This document shows, one piece after another, positions 1 through 12,879 of a stretch of 64,000 bases of DNA; positions within the stretch are counted from its first letter, which is position 1; every line of letters starts with the position of its first letter. The notes under the pieces were generated by a model. That model did no database searches, was not told the origin of the DNA, and worked only from the letters and a program-made list of their open reading frames with translations. The stretch is from Camelus dromedarius. Taxonomy: Eukaryota. The DNA is taken from positions 75,580,001 through 75,644,000 of the forward strand of contig NC_087436.1 of NCBI RefSeq assembly GCF_036321535.1. Reading direction: 5' to 3'. A program made the translations under genes and the position numbers.

Positions 1-721
1 TGTTCTTAAGTATTGGCATCACACAGCTCTGTACCTGTAGTCATTTGTCTCGGAATCACTTATGAAAAGTGCATAAAGCATGTAAAGCTCCACAGACAAC
101 CAAAGTTAACCCTCTTATCTGTTTAACTTCTTTAATCTCTCATCACCTGGCTTTTTTGCAGAGTCAACTTTATACTCCTAAATGGGCAAATGCCACCTAT
201 TTTGCAGGGACTTCTTTCAGTACTCTTTTTATTTTTTAGTGCCCATTTTAACATTGGATTTTTCTTATCTAAAATGTTTTTGAAAAGAAAGAATGAGAGG
301 AATAGTAAAACAAGGTTAATAGAAACTCATGGAAAGAGGAAATTATGTCTCTGAATTATACAGAAACAAAAGGGGCAGCTTGCCACATGGGTTTGTGGTT
401 GTTTTTCCCTGTGAAAACATCCACCATGGTTCTTTAGGATTGGCTTCCTTTGGGTTGGAGTGCCCCCGGGGAGTGCCAGACGACTTGGAAATACAGTCGT
501 GGTGGCCGAGATGAGCTGGCGTTGCTGAGAGACTGGAACCTCAGTGCCAACAAAAATCGTTTTTCCCCTGTCGGTTGGGAGTAACAACCCCTCTTTCTTC
601 ATTCTGCTGCTTCCGTCACCTGCATTCTCTTGAAGTATGGAGGTAGCAGTGGAGAGGGGCAGGATTTAAATGGGACAGAAAATGAAAGAGACAATGAAAT
701 GAGAGGGAAGACAAGAATTCC

Positions 722-1050
722 TTTTTTAAAAAATCAGGTTTACTGAGGTATAATTTGCATTCAATATAGTTCCCCATTTTAAAGTATACTGTTCTACGAG
801 TGTTAACAAATATATAAGGTCTTGTGGTCTTGGGACTGCAACAATTTCGTCACCACCCCTCCAAAGTCATTTTTACAGGACTCCCTACCCCCATCCCTGG
901 CAATCACTGACCTGTTGTTTACCCTTATTGGTTTGTCCTTTCTGAAATGTCATGTGAATGGGCCATATGGTATATAATCTTTTGTTTCTGGCTTTTGCCG
1001 TGATGCTTTTGAGATCATCCACATTCTTTCATGTATCAGTAATTAGTTCC
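722..1050 (-). mobile_element. Old L1 (L1M-type) 3' UTR fragment
   Basis: tttactgaggtataatttgca...ggcaatcactgacctg...tcttttgtttctggctt resembles an antisense L1M 3' end. Confidence 0.7.
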
Positions 1051-1289
1051 ATGAATGCCCTTTAAAGAAGCTTATCGTCCCTGTAGTAGACCAGAATTCA
1101 AAACCTTCCATAATGCATTAATCACACATCTTACCGGCCTGAAGTGAGTTCTGAGCTTGCTTTGGCTTTGAAGGTGGGCACCTCCTACCTTCCCAGGAGG
1201 AGTTGGGGCTCTGAAGCTGCTGGAACAACACTTTTATAGGAAGCAAAAACCACAGCAGAGTGAGCCTTATTTTGTTCTATTAATTAGGA

Positions 1290-1720
1290 CTCTTTAGTTG
1301 CAAGTAATGGAAGTCAACTTGAACCAGATTAAGGCTTGTTTATAACATGGCCGGTATGGCTCCGATCTCAAACCCATCAAGGGCACCTGGGTTTCCAGAG
1401 CAAGCCTGGAAGTTAGAAAAGGGAAAGGAAAGTGGGATTCAGTTCTTCCTCTCGTCTCTGTCTCTTTGCTTATTGACATGATAGACTGTGGTTCCCCATA
1501 GTCAAATGGGGTCGTTTCCAAATTTCCAGGGAATAATCAGCCATTCTCCCCTTGTCCAGTCCACATCAAATGTGTATGTGTATGGCCGGAGGGAGAGGGG
1601 GCTACAGAGTCATATAATACAAACATTGCCAACATTGTTAATCGGGGCCACTCACATGAATTGGGCAGGGGTTGGGAAGAGGATTCGCAGGGAAGAGGGA
1701 ATCACTGAGGACTAGTCAGA
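1290..1720. mobile_element. Possible ancient ERVL/MaLR-type LTR relic
   Basis: tttagttgcaagtaatggaagtcaacttgaaccagattaag resembles the termini of old LTR families; heavily diverged. Confidence 0.35.
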
Positions 1721-2080
1721 AACTATGAAAGATTCCTTTTCATTCTCCAACTTAAGCATTAGCCTTCAATATATTACTAACCTGTCTTGGCCCGACAACT
1801 GATTTTTCAACCTATTCCATATTCTATTTAGAAAAATAGAAAGCCAAAAGTTTACATAATTGTTATATTATAATAAGATCAAAGAATACACAGTAGCATC
1901 ATCTGCATCTCACTGTGTTCATCTTTATGTGGTCACTTCTATGTACAGTATTATGTTGCTGTAGTGGTTTGAGCCAAATTCCTATGTGCACATAGCCTGA
2001 AAATATTTTTAATCCTTGTCTTTCCAAAGACCACGTTAATGATGGTATTTTCTCATTCCTTTCTTGGGGACTTCTTTCAG

Positions 2081-2165
2081 GAAAGGTTACTTTTCCCTGA
2101 AAATTAGTGACCAGCAGTTCTTCTCGGAGCCACAGCTGATCCACATACAAGCATTTTCAACACAG
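2081..2165 (+). CDS. FRAS1: FRAS1 coding exon (85 nt, ~exon 28): KGYFSLKISDQQFFSEPQLIHIQAFSTQ
   Basis: Acceptor cttctttcag, donor CAG|gtaagg; phase 2 to 0. Confidence 0.93.
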
Positions 2166-2329
2166 GTAAGGAAATGCCACATGATTAATAATGTCTCACG
2201 CCTACTCATTCTCACGCACAAATCGAGATTTTTCAGTAGTTTTAGCAGAAATGTTTGAGCTAAATTAACCTTGTCTCGGTGTCCTCAGGAAATGCCACTA
2301 GAATAATTTTTAGTACTTGTGGGTAATAG

Positions 2330-2555
2330 CAGCAACAACAGTTACTTACACACCTCAAATACTCTTCTTATGCTTCTTATTCAGTCCTCGTGCCAGCCCT
2401 ATGAGGCGTTATGATCCCCAATTCACAGATGAGGAGACTAAGTCACAGGAGGTAAAGGAACGTGTCTATGGTGACAGAGCTCAGAGAGCCGAGGTCGTGC
2501 CCAGCAAATCGGTGTCTCTGGTTACAGAGTCTTCATTCTTTACTTTACTACACTG
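2330..2555 (-). mobile_element. MIR SINE
   Basis: atccccaattcacagatgaggagactaagtcacaggaggtaaag is an antisense MIR core. Confidence 0.75.
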
Positions 2556-4854
2556 AATCTGATACCAGCCCTTCAGAATATTTTGAAGCTGTGCCAGTTG
2601 TTGAGACTTTCCTATTTTTAGGTAAATAAGTATATTTTGTCTAAATATTTCTCTCTCAGGGATATAGAATTAAGTCCGCCTACTTTTGCCCATTGATCAT
2701 GTAGTAGGACTGCATTTAACTCAGTGTGCAGTAGTTAGAGGATCTTTAAGGATCCACTTAAACAAAGTGCACTGTGGTCATCTGCCAAACACAAGTCTGA
2801 GGAAATCAGGGTAGATGCTCTAAAACTCAGTGTGATGGCTCGTTTGTTCTCATCACTTATCTCTGTCAGGTTGTACTTATGTGTCCTGAATACATACAGT
2901 AGTGGATGCTCTGAGTGCCTGGGCTAGAGGGATTGAACAGCTGAAATGAGCAAAGAGGAGGAAGATCAATGTATCATTAAGTTGTGAACAACAAGAGAGT
3001 GGGGTATCAGCGTGGGAGAACCAAGACTACCTAAGTATTAGATGTCAGTAGTGCATTAATTAGTCATGATTCAGGGAAGGATATGAGATCATTGTTTTTA
3101 AAGCTGATATTTTTATATTTTTGGTTCCCAAATGAAAAGACCACACACCAAGGATAACATAGACTTGAACCAGAAGTGACTGCCAAATGGTATTCACAGT
3201 CCAGCTCAGCGAGTCTCACTTCAGGGATGACTGAAGTTGAGGAATGATCAAAAATTGATCCTAAATTAATTTGACCTCAGGGTTAGGCAAAGAGTATGAA
3301 TTTTATTTTAATTAAAGCTAAAACATGTGATCTCTGTAAATATGGGTCAGAGGGCCACCAAGTCTCAGGATTTACTGGCTTAGATGTTTCTCAGTACTTA
3401 GCCTCTGAAGTTTTGTTTTGTTCTTTTTGTTTGTGCTAATATAGTTACACTAATTAAGTGAATAAAAGACTCAGGCTAGGTTTTGAGAAGCAACTTCTGA
3501 GATGATAAGTTGCCATGGTTCCCAGATTTTTGTTTGTTTGCTTTCCCCAAATAAATGGAATAGATGGTGAGGGCACATTTTTATTTTACTTATTATATGA
3601 GAAACTTTTATCATTGTAGCATTTTTTAAAATGGAATTTTAGAAATGAATTTTAGCTTATTTTTGTTCCTTTACAGTTCTGTGCTATTTCAATATGGTTT
3701 TAAGTCTCCCTAAGATTTCCTCATGTGAGCTAAGTTGATGTTTTCCACTTATGGATTTTGACATCACCTCTTTAAGAATCCAAGGGGTTATTCATTCCCA
3801 CATACAGAATCCCAGCTTTTGAATTCTCACTTGGGAATCCTGGGGAGTAGCTATCTTTTCATTTCCTATTATGTGATTATTATAAAGATGCATTAGTTAG
3901 ACATTACTTTAATAGATATTGAAATTTCCAGGAGGCCGGGGGGTGGGGAGTATTTTTAAAAGAAAGCCATTTGGATTAAAGAAGGCAGTGTGCTGAGAAA
4001 AGTCCTAGATGGTTTAACTTCAAACGATATAAAAAACTAAGATAATATTTTGTTTGGCTTCTCACCTCGATTTTTTTGGAGGGGTGAGTTTTTTTTTTTT
4101 TTCCTGTTGTGGTTCATTAACTTTTATCTTTATGAAAGAACATTTTATCTGCTTACTGAAGTTGCTGGAGGAAAACCTGATAATCCTAAGGAAAACATAT
4201 TAAAATTTGCCACATGAATTAACCAGGTGGCTGCCTTACCCAGACCATGATCTTATCAGGCTTCATACTCTGAGTTGGGGTGGGCCGCTTCCTGATATGG
4301 ATGAGACAGCTTGAGGGGAATGACTGGGAAGGACCAGAAAGAGCGTGAGTGGAGACCGTGTCGGTGTCTCACCCCGAGTCCGCGTGCTGCAGCGTAGCCT
4401 GGAGTGAAGTGCTCGACTCCCAGCGCAGATGCCAAAGCTCTGTACCTCTCATTAGTCTCCCTTGGCTGCAGACTGATGAGTTCCTTGACACTGAGGTGAT
4501 CTCAGTTACCATGCAGGGGATGTAGTGTAAATCAAGACGGCAGAGACTTCAGAGATTTAGAAGCAAGCAGCTCCCCTTGATTGTCCCTGATCAATACCAT
4601 GGTCTGGATGTGGCTTAAGAAACCTCCAGAACCCGAGGTGTAAAGTAACCTCCTTTGCAGTGATTCCTGTGACTGACTACACCTGTGGTAAGTGCTCTGA
4701 CTATGCAAGAGTTTGGCACTTCACTGGAGCACGTAGAGTTCCTTAAAAAGCACAGAAATATCAATCAGCTTGCACACACCTGGCATCTGGCTCACTGGAT
4801 TGTCCAGTCTTTTCCTGCTAGTGGCTTCCCTTCTCCTTCCCTTCAACTCCACAG

Positions 4855-5181
4855 GCCCCTTATGTGCTGAGAAATGAGGCCCTCCACATTAGCAGAGGAG
4901 AGAGGGGAACCATCACCACCCAGCTGCTTGACATCCGAGATGACGACAACCCACAGGACGTGGTGGTCCAAGTGCTGGATCCTCCAGTCCATGGCCAGTT
5001 GCTCCAAACCCTTCAGTCCCCTGCAGCCCCAATCTATCAGTTCCAGCTGGATGAGCTCTCCAGGGGCCTTCTCCTTTATGCCCACGATGGCTCGGATAGC
5101 CCTTCTGATGTCGCAGTCTTGCAGGCCAGTGACGGACACTCCTTCCAAAACATACTGTTCCACATGAAGACTGTGCCCAAG
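4855..5181 (+). CDS. FRAS1: FRAS1 coding exon (327 nt, ~exon 29): APYVLRNEALHISRGE...ILFHMKTVPK
   Basis: Pyrimidine tract plus acag acceptor, donor AAG|gtaggt; phase 0-0; CSPG repeat with YAHDGS. Confidence 0.96.
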
Positions 5182-7169
5182 GTAGGTGTCATTCCTAGAG
5201 CTACAATGTGCTTGCACCTACATGTGAAGTTTTGTTGATGATACTGTTTTGCAATATTCATAAATTTGAGATATGGGTAGTTATTTATTTATTCAAATAT
5301 TTATTAAGCACCTATTATGGAGATACTTAGGACATGCAAAGATTAATAGAACACATCACCAAAACTCAGGGGGCAGTGTATATTTTGTTAGGAGCACCTT
5401 TGATTTGAAAGTCCTGTGCCCATGTTCTCTGCAGAAGGGAAACTTTTGAACCTCTATGTTGCTTCCATAAAATTCCTCTTTGTCCATTGATTTTTTTTGT
5501 CTCCTGCCTGAGCATGATTATAGGAATCGAGTGCACCCCCGTTCCTGTCTGCTCTTTTAAAATAGCTCATGTGATGTGAGGCTTGCAGCCAGGTTATTAT
5601 AATGAATCAAAAAGGATGCATTCAAGCCATTCTGTTACCCCAGCTGAAGGAGGATGAGGGAACTCTTTGAGTAATCATAAGAATCCCTGGCCCAGTAAAG
5701 AGCCATAGTTCTCAGCCCGAGTCATCACCTCCATACATATGTTTTTGCTAGACCCATGAGTACCTATCTTATTATTTACTTAATATTTATCTTTGAATCC
5801 AGTTACTTTTTTACTGTGACCTCTTCCTAATAAATAATACCTATGAAATCATGGGCTTAATGTAGAATTGTACTTTTTTCCATAGTAAAATTTATGTACA
5901 ACCATTTAGTAAAATTTCATCCACATACAACATGAGATGTTTTGGGATGTAATAGGATGGCTATCACTTTTTGGGAAATTCTGGGCTGGCCCATGCTGGA
6001 TCAAAGGGACCTATTGAAAAACACTTTCAAAGTCATTTATTACTGAATGATGTTTCACGAAGCTCTTTTCTCTGTAATAGCAAGAATGACTCTTTCCTGT
6101 GATGGCAGAGTGGGAGACTTAACAATTTTTTTTGAACTTTTCATTCCAAATATCAGTACCTACTGAAATTTCATTGATGATTAGCTAGAGAGATTGATTT
6201 GCTGAGGACAGCTTAGAAATCACTTGTCACCTTCCCACCAAAGATCACTCAGAATTTGCGAAGGTCAATAGCTGAATCTAATATGATCTGCTAGGTGGTT
6301 TCTCAGGCTCTTGTCTCATTATTTTCAGCTGCTGAAAACAGTGATGGTGGCCTGAGATAGATGGGAGGGAGTAAGTGAAGGCTGATTATGAGATGGAGCT
6401 GGCAGAGAGCCACCTTGTAGCTGATCCTAATTATCACCCTGCCACAATCACCCTGGGAGATGAGGTTTAGTTCTGAAGAAATGAAGTCTAGACCAGACAC
6501 AGAAAGTTTTCTTTTCTTCCTTCTTGGTTTCTTTCCAAAGATTGTTACAGGATTTCAGTGCAGCGCTAGCAGTCGCCCTTCGTATCATGGTTTCATCTCC
6601 ATGTTTGAAGCTCATTGCCTTGTATGGCACAGCCAGCTTGGGTGGTTGTGCGCCAAAGTTGAAGGACATTTCTAGGATTTTAGCTGCTTCAGCTACCAAA
6701 ACAAAGAAAAGTCCATTTTTAATTTACAAATAAGGCACAAGCACAGAACTTGAGAATTCTTTTAGTGAATTCCCTCAACTGGGGAGTCGTGTTGGTATTT
6801 ACACTGTCTGTCCCCCCTCCTTCCCCTTTCCATCCCTCCATCTCCTATAGTCCTGTGCTTACCTGTTCATCAGGTGAACTAATGGCTTCTAAGCCAATGA
6901 ATCAGGATAATGAAACCAGTTACCAGAGCCCCAGTAGCCATTAGGATGTACTCATTACAAACTTCACACTCTAATCCTGATAATACTTTACAGATACATA
7001 CTATATTTTCTCTTAGGAATTCAGAGTACTTTTCTCAATTTATCTATTTACTCATCTTTCCAATATCTTGGTGAAGAAGGTTGGAATACAGGCCATATAA
7101 CCTTATTGCTTCTAAGGGATATTTTATGATATATTGGTGGAAAATGTTTTTGTTTGTTTGTTCTGCTTG

Positions 7170-7400
7170 TAACCTTTATTGGGCACTAATGCTTGACATG
7201 AATTATTCCTTTTGATCTTCACGATCATCCTAGGACGTTTGTGCGATTATTATCTCTAATCTTCCAAAAGAGGAAACAGAAATAAAGCAGGTTTCCAAAC
7301 ATTTAAAGAGGCTTAAAAATGTTTATTTTTCATAAAGGTATTTAGTGATGGAGCTGTGATTTCAAATCAAGTGTGTTTAGGCCCCTCACACTTAGCCTTG
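7170..7400 (-). mobile_element. MIR SINE
   Basis: tttgatcttcacgatcatcct...gaggaaacaga...gagctgtgatttcaaatc resembles antisense MIR. Confidence 0.6.
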
Positions 7401-9786
7401 CAGTTTTTTCATTCCAGCTCATTTTTTCCCCCAATATTTTGGTCATATATATTCTTATCCCCTAATGGACAGAATGGAGACAGTAATTTGGTCATTTTCT
7501 CAGTGTCCTATCCACACAGCCTGGGCCCCAAGCCTCTTGGGATCTTCCCTGTGGACTCACCACATCTTGTTACAGGTGAAGCTATTTATAGTGTCTACTG
7601 GAGCCCAAGAAAAAAAATTGCCTCAACTGTTAATGGCTTCCAGTAGATATAGAGTCAGACATGATTGATTTTGTTCCCATAGCCATTTCTGAAGGTGGGC
7701 ATCCAAGTCCTTACCTTGAGGCTACCTGTGTATTAAATTTGGAGAGAGGACAGTTACCGACTGATGTCTACTTGGTGGCTTAAATGGAATGGCCAAGCAG
7801 TTTAGGTCTAATTTCTAGTAAATGGATGTACAAATTAATCTCAGTGTAGTTCAACATAAAACTTAACCTGGTAAGATTGATGGAAAGGGAGGGAGGGCTA
7901 GAAAAAGGAAGCTTTGTGAGGACAGGAACTATTTCAGTATTACTCTCTCGAGCCACGCACATTGTAGAAGTTGAGTACATTTTTGTTGGAAGGACAGATA
8001 GATGGTTGGATGCAGCAACTTGAGTTAGGCTGGTGCCTATGTTCCTGTCTTTGAATTGATCTCTTGCCTCTGCTGACTGAGGGGGCCCCTCTGAGACTGA
8101 GGGTGGGGGCTGTCGGTTCCAGTCTTATTTATCAAGTTCTGCATCACTTCCTCCCAGATTTATGTTTTTATCCTTGCCTTGGCAGTGAGTAAACTTGACT
8201 GCCACCTCCAGGCTTATACTGAATCACCGAGGAGAAAATAGACCCAGGACTGATGTTGAAACATGTTCTGTTGGGGGGAGGAGGCAAAAGAATTCAAAAA
8301 GATTAAAAGGTAATAAAGAATGCTCTGCTGAATAGCTGTCATTAATTGGGTGGATTACCAAACCGAAGCCTGCTAGAGATATGATTCTAAAGCAATTCAG
8401 GATCTAATAAGGGCTAAAATGTGGGCAGGGAGAAGCCATGCTTATTTGTGGGTTTCTCCACTGCTGGGTTTTCAAGGAATTACCTTCTTTTTCATTAATT
8501 AAAGCCTCTCTGGAAATCATGCCTCTTTTTCCACTTTGGCAATAAATCTGATGATCTTTCTGACCTCATTTGTTGTTGTTTGAGCAGTTATTTTCTGCAA
8601 CTGGCTAATGCTTTGATGTTAAAAGCCCCCAAGTGTCGTGCTATGAACCGGACGGAAAATTCTATTGCTGAGAGTTCTCTCTGGCTGTTTGACCTTGGTA
8701 AGGGCTGAGTGCTGCTAAAAGCCCTATTGTGCTTTCCCTCAGTTTTCTTAAAACCTGTCCTCCCATGGATTGTGTTACAGGGACACAGTTTGATTAAAAG
8801 GATGTTTGTGAGAGTTATAAATATCAATGGCATAAAAATGTTTATTTTTCTGAATAAGAGTCTGCCTATCTCATAAATAAATCCTCACCACGTATCAGGG
8901 TTTCACCATTTTGGGCTTGCTTAGCTTGTTCAATTTAATGTCTTGTAAGGTACATTGCTCAGAGTATAGACTCAAGAAGTGTTCATTGGTTACAAAATAT
9001 TTGTTTGCTCATTTATAAAGCAGTTGAAATCTACATGGAGAGAAGTTTCTGTATTCTTCACCCAAAGCTGCAAAGTTTCTGAGGCATATGCACACATTGA
9101 CAAACACAAGAACAGTCCAATTATCTTTCCATTGTTCTTCATTTTGGCAAATAGCATCTATGTCTCACCTTATATGTGCCACTGAACATAATCCTTCCCT
9201 AAAATCCACAATATCCTACAAGATCCAACTTTAAAAGCTATGGTATAAATGAACCATTGCAAATTATTTTTTTCAGAATAAATAAAATGTGAGGGTTACT
9301 GTTATATTCGATTATAGTCATTTTCTGTTGAATAAATTTTAATTTTTTTTAATCTTGAATATTTTGGTTTGGGGTTTGGGGACCCCATCATGTTTGAGCT
9401 CACATTTATGTCCCAGTCTTTAACTGGGGAGGCAGAGAAGTTTTCATTTTGTTTGTGGGATTTTTCCTTCAAATGGCAGAGGCGTGGGCTCTTACTTATG
9501 GTTTACGACATTAATGTTTTTACTTGCAATACAGTGTACAATGGTTAAACTTTATTACCAGCATTTCTGTATGCCTATTGTTCTATGAAATTAATTAGAA
9601 GAACTATTTAATTTAAAGCACTGTTTTAATTATGTCCCTATAATCCCTTGTTGGAATTTCACTGCCTTCTAATGTGGACCCTGAAGGATATATAAAACAT
9701 CACTAGGCAGAAGATTCTTCAACTGAAATTATGGCTAATTTCTTGAGCTTACAGGGATATATGCACCATTGTGCAGAAAAAAGCTA

Positions 9787-10257
9787 CAAGCACACTTCGT
9801 TTTATTGTGCTTTGCAGATACTGAGTTTTTTACACATTGAAGTTTTGTGGTAACCCTGCATCAAGCAGGTCTATCAGTGCCATTTTTCCAACAGCATTTG
9901 CTCACTTTGTGTCTCAGTGTCACATTTTGGTAATTTGGTCACAATGTTTCAGAATTTTTTATTATTATTATATTTGGTATGGTGATCAGTGATCTTTGAT
10001 GTTACTATTGAAAAAAGGTTATAACTTGCTGAAGGCCCAGATGATGGTTAGTAGTTTTTGCAATAAATTTTGATTAAGGTATGTATATATTTTAGACATA
10101 ATGCTCTTACACACTTAATAGACTGCAGTATAGTGTAAACGTACAAATTTTATATGCACTGGGAAACCAAAAGAAATTTATGTGGCTTGCTTTATTGCAG
10201 TATTGCTTTATTGCAGTGGTCTGTATCTAAACCCACAATATCTCCAAAGTGTGCTTG
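9787..10257 (+). mobile_element. Non-autonomous Tigger1 derivative (471 bp, Tigger1a_Art-like) with TIRs and TA target duplication
   Basis: ta|caagcacactt...aagtgtgcttg|ta; both ends are colinear with the ends of the long Tigger1 at 35518-38105; no transposase. Confidence 0.88.
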
Positions 10258-10611
10258 TATAAGGAGATAAAGAAATTGCAAAATGTCAGAACCACCGGGG
10301 AAATTATGTTAAAATTTGTTTTGGATGCATTAGCTATAGAAATGATGGTGTACAGACTTCTAGTTACCCCTTCTCAAATCTTCCCTGGACCATCTCCCAA
10401 AAGAAAGCAACTGACAAAACCATCTTCATCATAATGAGCAGGAAGAATTAATACTTCTTTTCCTTGGACAGTTGTCTGTTTCTTCTTAAGTACTGTAAAC
10501 AAATAATTCAGAAACAGAGGTATGTATATTATAAATGTAAATATTCTAAAAGGCCTGTCTGTGGAGTTTGGTAGAACCACTCTAGACCCGTTGCTATCTC
10601 TGTCCTGGGTG

Positions 10612-10667
10612 ATGCTTCTCACGCCTTAGCGTGACTCCACATCTCCCAGGGATCTTGTTAAAACACA
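10612..10667. mobile_element. MER5A-like hAT fragment, left part (split by L1)
   Basis: gcttctcacgccttagcgtg...gggatcttgttaaaacaca; continues after the L1 at 11790. Confidence 0.6.
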
Positions 10668-11789
10668 AGTAGGAATGCATCAAACTAACTGCTGTGCAGC
10701 AAAGGAAACCATAAACAAAATGAAAAGGCAACCTACAGAATGGGAGAAAATATTTGAAACCCTATATCTGATAAGGGTTTAATATCTAAAATACATAAGG
10801 AACTCAATTCAATAGCAAAAAAATAAAAATAAAAAATGACCTAAGGGCCTGCATAGACGTATCTCAAAAGAAGACATACAAATGGCCAACAGGTACATGA
10901 AAATGTGCTTAACATCACTAATAATCTGGGGAAGGCAAGTCAAAACCACAGTGAGATATCAGCTCACATCTGTTAGAGTGGCTGTTCTCAAAAAGACAAA
11001 AGATAACAAGTGTTGGTGAGGGTGTGGAGAAAAGAAAACTTTTGTACACTGTTGGTGGGAATGCAAATTGGTGCAGCCACTATGGAAAACTCTATGGACA
11101 TTCCTCAAAAAATTAAAAATAGAGCTATCATATGATCCAGCAATCTTACTTCTGAGTATCTATCCAAAGGAAATGAAATCAATGTCTCAAAGAGATATCT
11201 GCATTTCCATGTTTATTGCAGCATCTTTCACAATGGCCAAGCTATGAAAACAAACTAAGTCCATCAATGGATGAATGGATAAAAGAAAATTTGGCTGTAT
11301 ATACAATGGAATATTATTCAGCCTTAAAAAAGAAGGAAGTCCTGCCATTTGTGACTGCATAGATGAGCCTGTAAAATAAGCTATACAGAAGGAAAAATAC
11401 TGTATGATCTCACTTATATCTGTAATCTGAAGAAGTCGAACTCATAAAGGCAGAGTAGAATGATGGTTGCTAGAGGCTGGGGTGTGGGGGAAACTGAAAG
11501 GTGTTGGTCAAAGGGTACGAAGATTCAGTTATGAGATGCATAATTCTGAAGATCTAAAGTATAGCATGGTGACTATACTTAATAATACTGTCTTTTATAC
11601 TTGCTAACAGAGTTGATCTTAAGTATTTTCACTACACACACGAAAACTATGTGAGGTGGTGGAGGCTTAATTAGCTTGATTGTGGTAATCATTTCACAAT
11701 TTATACATATATTAAAGCATTACATATACCTTAAATATATACAACTTTTATTTGGCAAGTATACTTTAATAAAGCTAGTGAAAAAAATT
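10668..11789 (+). mobile_element. 5'-truncated L1 (L1MA/L1MB-type): ORF2 end plus 3' UTR
   Basis: aaaaggcaacctacagaatgggagaaaatatttg, tacactgttggtgggaatgcaaattggtgcagcc; AATAAA at 11768 and short A tail; frame disrupted. Confidence 0.92.
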
Positions 11790-11870
11790 AAAATGCAGAT
11801 TCTAATGCACAGGGTCTCATTCAGAAGGACTGGGTTGGGGTCTAGGAGTCTGAACTTCTAATAAGCCTTT
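11790..11870. mobile_element. MER5A-like hAT fragment, right part
   Basis: aaaatgcagattct...attcagaaggactgggttggggtctaggagtctg...ttctaataagc. Confidence 0.6.
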
Positions 11871-12879
11871 CTGGTCTCTGAACGTTGACTTGCAAGACGT
11901 CCTGTCTCCTAAAAATTGACGCTCACATAGGAATTACAGAGAATTATATTGATAAAGTCAAGTCAAGATAAAAATGTAGTAGGAGAGACATCTGGGGACA
12001 TGCATTCAGGTCAGTGGGCTCAGTTGCTTGGGATATGAAAAAACCACATTGCCTTTGTCCAAGAATGTGGTCGTTGGTGTATGACTGATCTCTATAACGT
12101 AATCGAACTTGACGAGGCTGCTGCTATTAGAAAGATTTCTTGCAATTAAGATATCTGGGTGCAAGTTTATTATGATACATAAAAACTCTGCTGGAGTTAC
12201 TAGGGCCCTTTTCCCCAGAATTCTGGTAGGTAACATGCAAAGTTCTTGGCACACTTTGATGTTTTTGTAAATAACATGTTGTAATCAATTGTGAAGGGAG
12301 AAAATTCTGTGGGGTTTTGCCCCTGAGCACCAATCACAATAAAAGGTGCCTTTGCTGCTGTTCTCCTAGGCACTGCCTCGGGTTCTTGGTGACTGTGGTG
12401 GGAAGAGCTGGGACTGCCTCCTGAGAGACGCAAACACTCTCATGTCAAGTGACAGCACAGGAGTATTTGTCGTCTTCTGTTCTGAATATTCCCCTCCTGG
12501 GAGTGCTGTTTGCTCTGTTCTGTTTATTGGCATATTTGAAAGTAATAGCAGTAATTTAGAAAAACATCCCTTCTGAAATGCCCTATTTCGAAATATCAGA
12601 TTTACTGATTTTGTAAGTATGAAAACTGAAAACTGAACACGGGGAGCCTCACTAATCTCATTCCATGGAAAATGTCAGTTAAGAGGCTTTGGAAGAGGTA
12701 TGCACCTTGCACATCAGGAACGGCAGCACTTTTTAATGACATTAACATTAGCAGTTAGAGTGGTTGCCTTCTCAGGAGTGCTAAACAGGTGATTTCTTCC
12801 AGTCAGCTATTCCCAACTGTGGTTTTTCAGGGTTTCCCTTTCAATCAGACATCAAGGCCCGTCAGTTTGGCCTCTGTAG

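Noticed and set aside
4340..4430. Small CpG cluster as an internal promoter
   Set aside because: It is under 100 bp with no core-promoter evidence, so it cannot be supported from sequence.
4843..5217. Antisense ORFs overlapping exons (also 31877-32293, 47393-47689, 61920-62114)
   Set aside because: These are expected shadows of GC-richer coding exons, with no recognisable domain or independent gene signal.
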